Below, one piece after another: positions 58,822 to 64,000 of a DNA stretch of 64,000 nucleotides. The DNA is from Plasmodiophora brassicae (lineage: Eukaryota): NCBI GenBank assembly GCA_036867785.1, contig CP145419.1, forward strand, positions 620,001 to 684,000. Reading direction: 5' to 3'. Every line of letters starts with the position of its first letter. The first letter of the stretch is position 1. The notes under the pieces were generated by a model. That model was not told where the DNA came from. It was given only the letters and a program-made list of their open reading frames with translations, and made no database searches. Made by a program: the position numbers and the translations under genes.

Positions 58822-59499
58822 ATGGGCGCCGGCTGCTTCAAGGATACGGCGGCGCCGGACGTGGGCACCGATCCGGCTCCACCACGTGGCCCGGTGGCGT
58901 CGTCGACGCAGGTAGTCCATGCTGCCGCGAAGGCGGATCCGCCGGTCGGCGAGGGACCCGTCCTGGAGCACGACTGTCCGAACCAGGAGCCCGAAAGCAG
59001 GCCGCCCGTCGAGCTCGAACTGCCGTGCGCCGACCCCAAACCGACTGGTGGGCTGGGCGGCGAGGAAGAACGTCCCGGCTCTGCGCCGGCGGTTGACGAC
59101 CCCGCACCGGCAGATCACGAGGCTGAGGGGGAACCGGCGCCGGGACCCGAACCACCCGTCGAGAAGGTCGGCGAACAGGACCCCGAGGAAGCGGTCGAGG
59201 ACGATGCACGCAGCCGGCCTTTTGACCACGAACTCGAGCGGGAACAGGCGGAGGCGGCGGCGGCGGCGGCGGCACCCGAAGAAGGTCCGGACTCCGTCGT
59301 CACGGCCGCCGACGACGACGCCGTCAGCGCGCGCAACAACTCGATCATCTCGTCGGACGGCGACGGGTCGGCGGCGGCGAAGAAGCGCAGGGAGCACCGC
59401 AAGACCAAGTCCGAGAAACGGCGCGAGAAGCGAGAGCGCGAGGCGGCGGGTCGCACGGCGCCGCCAGCCTCCGCCGACCCGGTGGCCCCCGTCTCCTGA
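58822..59499 (+). CDS. Hypothetical acidic Pro-rich protein with putative N-myristoylation/palmitoylation start
   Basis: MGAGCFK N-terminus; low complexity; basic C-terminal cluster KKRREHRKTKSEKRREKR. Confidence 0.6.
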   Translation: MGAGCFKDTAAPDVGTDPAPPRGPVASSTQVVHAAAKADPPVGEGPVLEHDCPNQEPESRPPVELELPCADPKPTGGLGGEEERPGSAPAVDDPAPADHEAEGEPAPGPEPPVEKVGEQDPEEAVEDDARSRPFDHELEREQAEAAAAAAAPEEGPDSVVTAADDDAVSARNNSIISSDGDGSAAAKKRREHRKTKSEKRREKREREAAGRTAPPASADPVAPVS

Positions 59500-59632
59500 G
59501 ACACAACCTCCTCGGGCGGGTCGGCCAGGCCCCAGTCGTCGCAATGAATGTTGTTGCCGCGCGTATCAGTCGTCACTGTATTGCAGAACGGCGAACGGTG
59601 GGACGAACAACTGGTGGGCGGGCGGGCGGGCG

Positions 59633-60887
59633 CTAGTGCACGAGGTCGAGGTCGTGGGCGTTGGAGAGCGATGCGAGTGCATTGGCGCGCGCCGAGATGA
59701 ACACTTGCGTCAGCGACGCGTACAGGACGCCGCAGCTGTCCCTGGCGGCCAGCGCGCCGATCGCCGACCCGACCGTGTCGGCCTCGAACAGGAGCGTGAT
59801 CCAGTCCTCGTACCCCTGGACGGAGAAGGACGCGACCGCCGCCTCGATCTTGTGAATGTCGGGGAACAGTGGCGCGATGTCGGTGCCGCCCAGGCGATCC
59901 CGCAGCAGCAGGAGCGGGGCGGTCACCAATGCGGACCCGAGCTTCACGTCGTCTGCCGGGGGCTGGTTCCCCGTCAGCACCGCGTTGCCCATCGCCCGCC
60001 GCAGCGTTCCCGTTGCCGTCGCCGCCCGCGTCGCGCGCCTCTGCCCGACAAAGTACAGCAGGCTGTCGCGCTCCTTCTGGAGGCGGTCGATCACGCGCAG
60101 GACCTCGTCGACCAGGCTGTCGTTCGCGACGGTCCTGTACCCGACGCGGCAGTGCCCGCGCCCGAAATTGTACACGTCGAACACGGCCTGGCGCGCCTCG
60201 ACGAGCACGACCAGGACGCTGGCCAGCATGCTGCCCGGCGTCGACGCGTTCGTGAACGTGCTCTGCATGACGGTGCGGAACTTGTCCCAGAACCCGGTCA
60301 GGTGGCGAAGCGCCCTCGGTTCCCGCATCAGCGCCGCGCTGAACGTCCCGCGACGCCTGAAGAACCGGCGGCTGGCGCGTTGCCGCTTCGAGATCAGGAC
60401 GTCGTGGGCGGCGCTCGTTTCCGCGAATATCCTGTACAGAGCGTCAGCGAGACGAGACACACACACGCACAGACAGAGGCGCTCGGGCGTACTCTTTCAG
60501 CTTGACAAGGGCGGCGGACGCGTGCGGGTTGCAATTGGGTTTCGACGGGCTGGCGGGTCGTGGGGCACTGCAGGAGGGCGATTCGAGGAACCAGCTGTCC
60601 TGGACGCGCGACGCGGAACGAATCGTGGACGGCTCGCCGACGGCGTTGTTGGAGGAGGCGCGCCGGGACAGCTGGGTCGGCGCGCGCCCCATCATCCACT
60701 GGCCGGGGCTGGACCCGACCGCATCGCTGGCCATGAGGACATTCTCGAGCTTCGACGCCAGGTCGCGGACCTTGCCGGTGTGGTTCTCGTCGCTGCTGCG
60801 CTCGTGGAGCTTGTCGGGCGAGAGCGGCGCCAGCACCACGCGCGTTGGGCCCGGCGCCATCGTCATTGCGACTGGGTGGCCAGCCAT
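59633..60887 (-). CDS. Hypothetical protein (2 exons)
   Basis: Exon 1 ends LVKLK, followed by a GTACGC donor near 60493. Exon 2 EIFAETSAAHDVLISKR... is a long helical ORF. Confidence 0.6.
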
Positions 60888-61580
60888 GACGTGGCCTTCG
60901 ACCCACACACACACACTGCAGGAGGGGCGCCTCGTCACACACCCCACCCGTGCAACAACCCGCAGCGAACAATGCCCCTTTGGTCCTCAATCACGCGCCG
61001 CTGCAACGGTGCCGCCATTTGACGACCTGTTCGCCGGGTGCCCCTAATTTTAGGGCTGGCTCCCCCATACCGCACACGGCAAACGCCTTGTGAGGCCACG
61101 TCTCGAACTGACACAGTTTGTCGATCGGATCGCGCCCAGTGTACACTACTGGACGCACGATACGAGGTTTGGTTGACGCGCCAGCCGCTTATATGAGGGA
61201 AGCCCGAATGCTGGCGCCGTACCTGTCGTACTGCGCTATTGATGGTGAAGGACTCCACGGTCTAAAACGAGGCGGAACTCGACGGGCTCCAGCGTCGTGC
61301 ATTGAAGGCAGAGTGCGTCACGTAAATCCAACCTCGGTCGCGACTAGATGTCGACAGAGGACGCCAGTGACTGATGCGACACCACTGAAAGGCGCCCGGC
61401 AGCCAGGTGTCGCAGCAAAACATGCGCACGAGGTTGCCCTATCTTTAGACGGTCACAAGTCCAAACTCGCGAGTGTGTGTTTTTTTCGCGGGGGGATCCG
61501 CCCGGGCGCCGGTGCTGCGCGTGAAACGCGTCTTCGTAGGTGACAGGCCGACCGCTGCACGTGTGCGGGGCGCGGCGCCG

Positions 61581-62626
61581 ATGCCGCGGATATGGCGCCT
61601 GGTCCTGGTCGTGCTGGCCGTCGGCGTCGTCGCCGGCGAGCTGGGCATGTACTGCGGGGATTCGAACTGCTACGACATTCTGGGGATCGGGCGCGAGGCC
61701 ACCCCGGCGGATATCAAGAAGGCGTACTACAAGCTGTCCATGAAATAGTAAGCGTATCGCGCGTCTGCCCTAGCACACGGTCTAAAACGCTTTCGGTCAG
61801 CCACCCGGATAAGGTGGCCGGGAAGCAGTCGGCCGCCGACGAGGACATGTTCCGGCGGATTGCGAACGCGTACGAGATCCTAAAGGACGAGGCCGTCCGC
61901 GCCGAATACAACGAGTTCGTCGACCATCCCGAACGATTCTTCCAGCACTACGCGACCTGGATGCGCCGGCGGTATTTCGGCCACCAGGAATCCGTTGGCA
62001 ACGTCTTCGTCCTGATCCTGATCACGGCCACCATCGTCGACTGGATCCACAGAAGGAGTAGGGCGCCTTTGATGTACGTTGGTTCGCATTGCCTCACCGT
62101 CGTCGTAGACGTCTACCACGAGCTGCGGTCGCGTCTCGTGTACGAGCCAAAGGTTCAGGAGCGCGTTCGAGCACTTCGCGGGCTGCCTGCTGCATCGGCA
62201 ATGGACGCGAAAGGCAAACGCAAGTCCAAGCGGCGCGCCGACGACCTGGACGACATCACGGACGCTGAGATCAGCGCCGTCGTCGAGATGCCCAACTGGA
62301 CGGGCGGGCCGCCGACGTGGCGCGACTCGCTGCCGATGCGGATGTCGCATTGGCCGGTGCACATTGCCAAGTTCCTCGCCTGGGCCGCCCGCTGGCTCGT
62401 CCTGTTCACCATCCTGCGGCGGCCGTACGGCGACGACGAGAAGGCGTTCCTGCTGCGGCGGAACCTGTGCCTGTCCCAGGGCGCGTGGCAGGCGCTGCCC
62501 GAACATCGGCGGAAGGCGCTCTGGGACCTGGAGCTGTGGGACGTCGACGCGTACCAGGCCTGGCGCCGACGCCAACGACAACGCAACAAGGGCGGCGACG
62601 ACTACGACTCTGACTTTGTCGACTGA
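61581..62626 (+). CDS. DNAJC25: DnaJ homologue subfamily C member 25-like
   Basis: Signal peptide; MYCGDSNCYDILG...IKKAYYKLSMKY|HPDK...FRRIANAYEILKD; GGPPTWRD; ILRRPYGDDEK...LELW. Confidence 0.88.
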
Positions 62627-62969
62627 CGCAGCGTGCGTCCCCTGTCTGCCCGACCCGAATACAACCAGTGCGGCACGCCTGCCCATGGTGCATTATGATA
62701 CAGCGCTAGAGATGGTGCTCGTCCTGGTAGGATCTGCCCCGGGATCGCCGGATGGCCGGTGGCGGCGCGCCCTCGCTCTCCCGTCGCGACAGCAGGCGAA
62801 CGCGCGGCCATTCGCCGCCGCCGTACGAGTCGGCGCTGCCGCTCATCGGATGCGCCGGCGCCGCCTGCAACGACAGGACCCGCTCGCGAGCCGTATCCGG
62901 CGTCAACCTTCGCCCGGAGACGTCCGCTGGTTCCCGGACGTCATCATCCACAGCCTGGCGATGGGGACG

Positions 62970-64000
62970 TCAGAACGGGATCCGTCGTCGTCGCGCGACG
63001 ATCGCTACCGAGTGCAGGAGGAAGCGCCGGAACGGGCGGCTCGTCCTGAGCGCGGGGAAGACGGACGCGGACAGCGCGGCAACACCCGAATCGTACGCCG
63101 CTGCGATCGCCGACCTCACCGCAGCGGGAGGCGCATCGTCCGGCAGGCCCAGCGACCTGTGTGTGTGCGAGTGCCGCCGCGCGCACGTCAGCGAAAACGT
63201 GCTCTGTGCCACCAAACGACAATCGCGCTGACCGGAACGCGTCCAGGTCGACGACGGCGTCGTCGAAGCGGTCCAGGGCGCGCGCGGCATCGACCGTCAG
63301 GCGGGCCAGGTCGCCGGCGCCCATGGCCGACGCGAGTTCGACGAGCAGGCCGGACGCGACGTCGTGGCGAAGCACGGCGGGCAACCGCTGCATTCGGGCC
63401 ACGAACGCGTCGCGGGCGTCCGCCCACTGGTACTGTCGGGACAGGAGCGCCTGGGCGCGGTGGAACCCGCGGTTGACGTGGATCCGGCGAACGCACTGGC
63501 GCTCGATGAGGGCGACCCATTCGCTGGCGTCGTCGCGCGTCCCGCATCGCAGGCGGCAGGCGCCTTGCGGCCCGATGACGTCGAACTCCAGGCCGGTGGA
63601 CGGGCAGGGCCTGACGACGGCAGCGCACAGGTCGATGGAGTCCTTCGATTTCGTCGACCGGTGGTCCTTGTAGACGTGCATCCTGGATTCGTGGACGACG
63701 ATCCAGCGACGCGCGTAGGCGCCCGGGCGGAGGCGGCGATCCAGGTACCCCTGGTGGCGGCTAGAGGCGCCGATTCGAGCCGGGTGCTGGTCGGGCAGCG
63801 ATCCGGTGGAGCACCAGACGCGGACGTTGTAGGCGGTGGATGCCAGGGCGTCCATGTGGTCGAGCAGGAGGTCGCTGTCGTCGAGGTCGATCTCCTCGGT
63901 GATGCCCAGGGCGTCGCTCGCCGTTAGCGACAGGCGGGCCGACGGGGACCGCAAGCGGACCAGGTCGCAGACAGCGGCGCACGTGCTGGAGGACGACACG
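62970..64000 (-). CDS. PH-domain protein with RGS-like C-terminus (5' end beyond window)
   Basis: HQGYLDRR...YARRWIVVHESRMHVYKD...KDSIDL...EWVALI (PH); last exon AYDSGVAALSASVFPALRTSRPFRRF resembles an RGS terminal helix. Confidence 0.7.

Noticed and set aside
58345-61022. Long overlapping ORFs (399, 528, 388 aa)
   Set aside because: Antisense or alternate-frame shadows of GC-rich genes, with Arg/Gly-rich nonsense composition.
61042-61055. CCCTAATTTTAGGG telomere-like inverted motif
   Set aside because: Single unit; expected by chance.

Overview
Gene-dense, GC-rich eukaryotic DNA with many short (~50-70 nt) spliceosomal introns. This is consistent with a compact protist genome, plausibly a plasmodiophorid such as Plasmodiophora (inference). 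About 35 genes can be reconstructed by joining exons by eye, so the coordinates are gene spans and some ends are approximate. They include a 4-copy tandem cluster of secreted His-less CAP/SCP-like proteins (two degenerate), a TPR-GT61 glycosyltransferase, a kinesin-6-like motor, peroxisomal DECR2, an ASF1-fold protein, a UBZ + plant-LNK-like protein, a UBL-UBA protein, a Cof HAD hydrolase, FMP32/CCDC90, Vma22-like, Rad1, Dad2-like, two YggS/PLPBP paralogues (one lacking the PLP lysine), MscS, an Arl8 with switch-II Q->S, RBM26/27, cyclin B, TRMO, a ZNFX1-like helicase/E3 with a perfect 111-bp CCCH duplication, a bacterial-type MFS, a second cyclin, PGAP4-like, BSD, FLVCR-like MFS, DNAJC25 and a PH/RGS-like gene. 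A 5'-truncated non-LTR retrotransposon (35516-37883) has a 12-bp TSD, a (TAAAC)n tail and an RNase H split by a ~120-aa in-frame insert. No rRNA, tRNA or CRISPR array was recognised.
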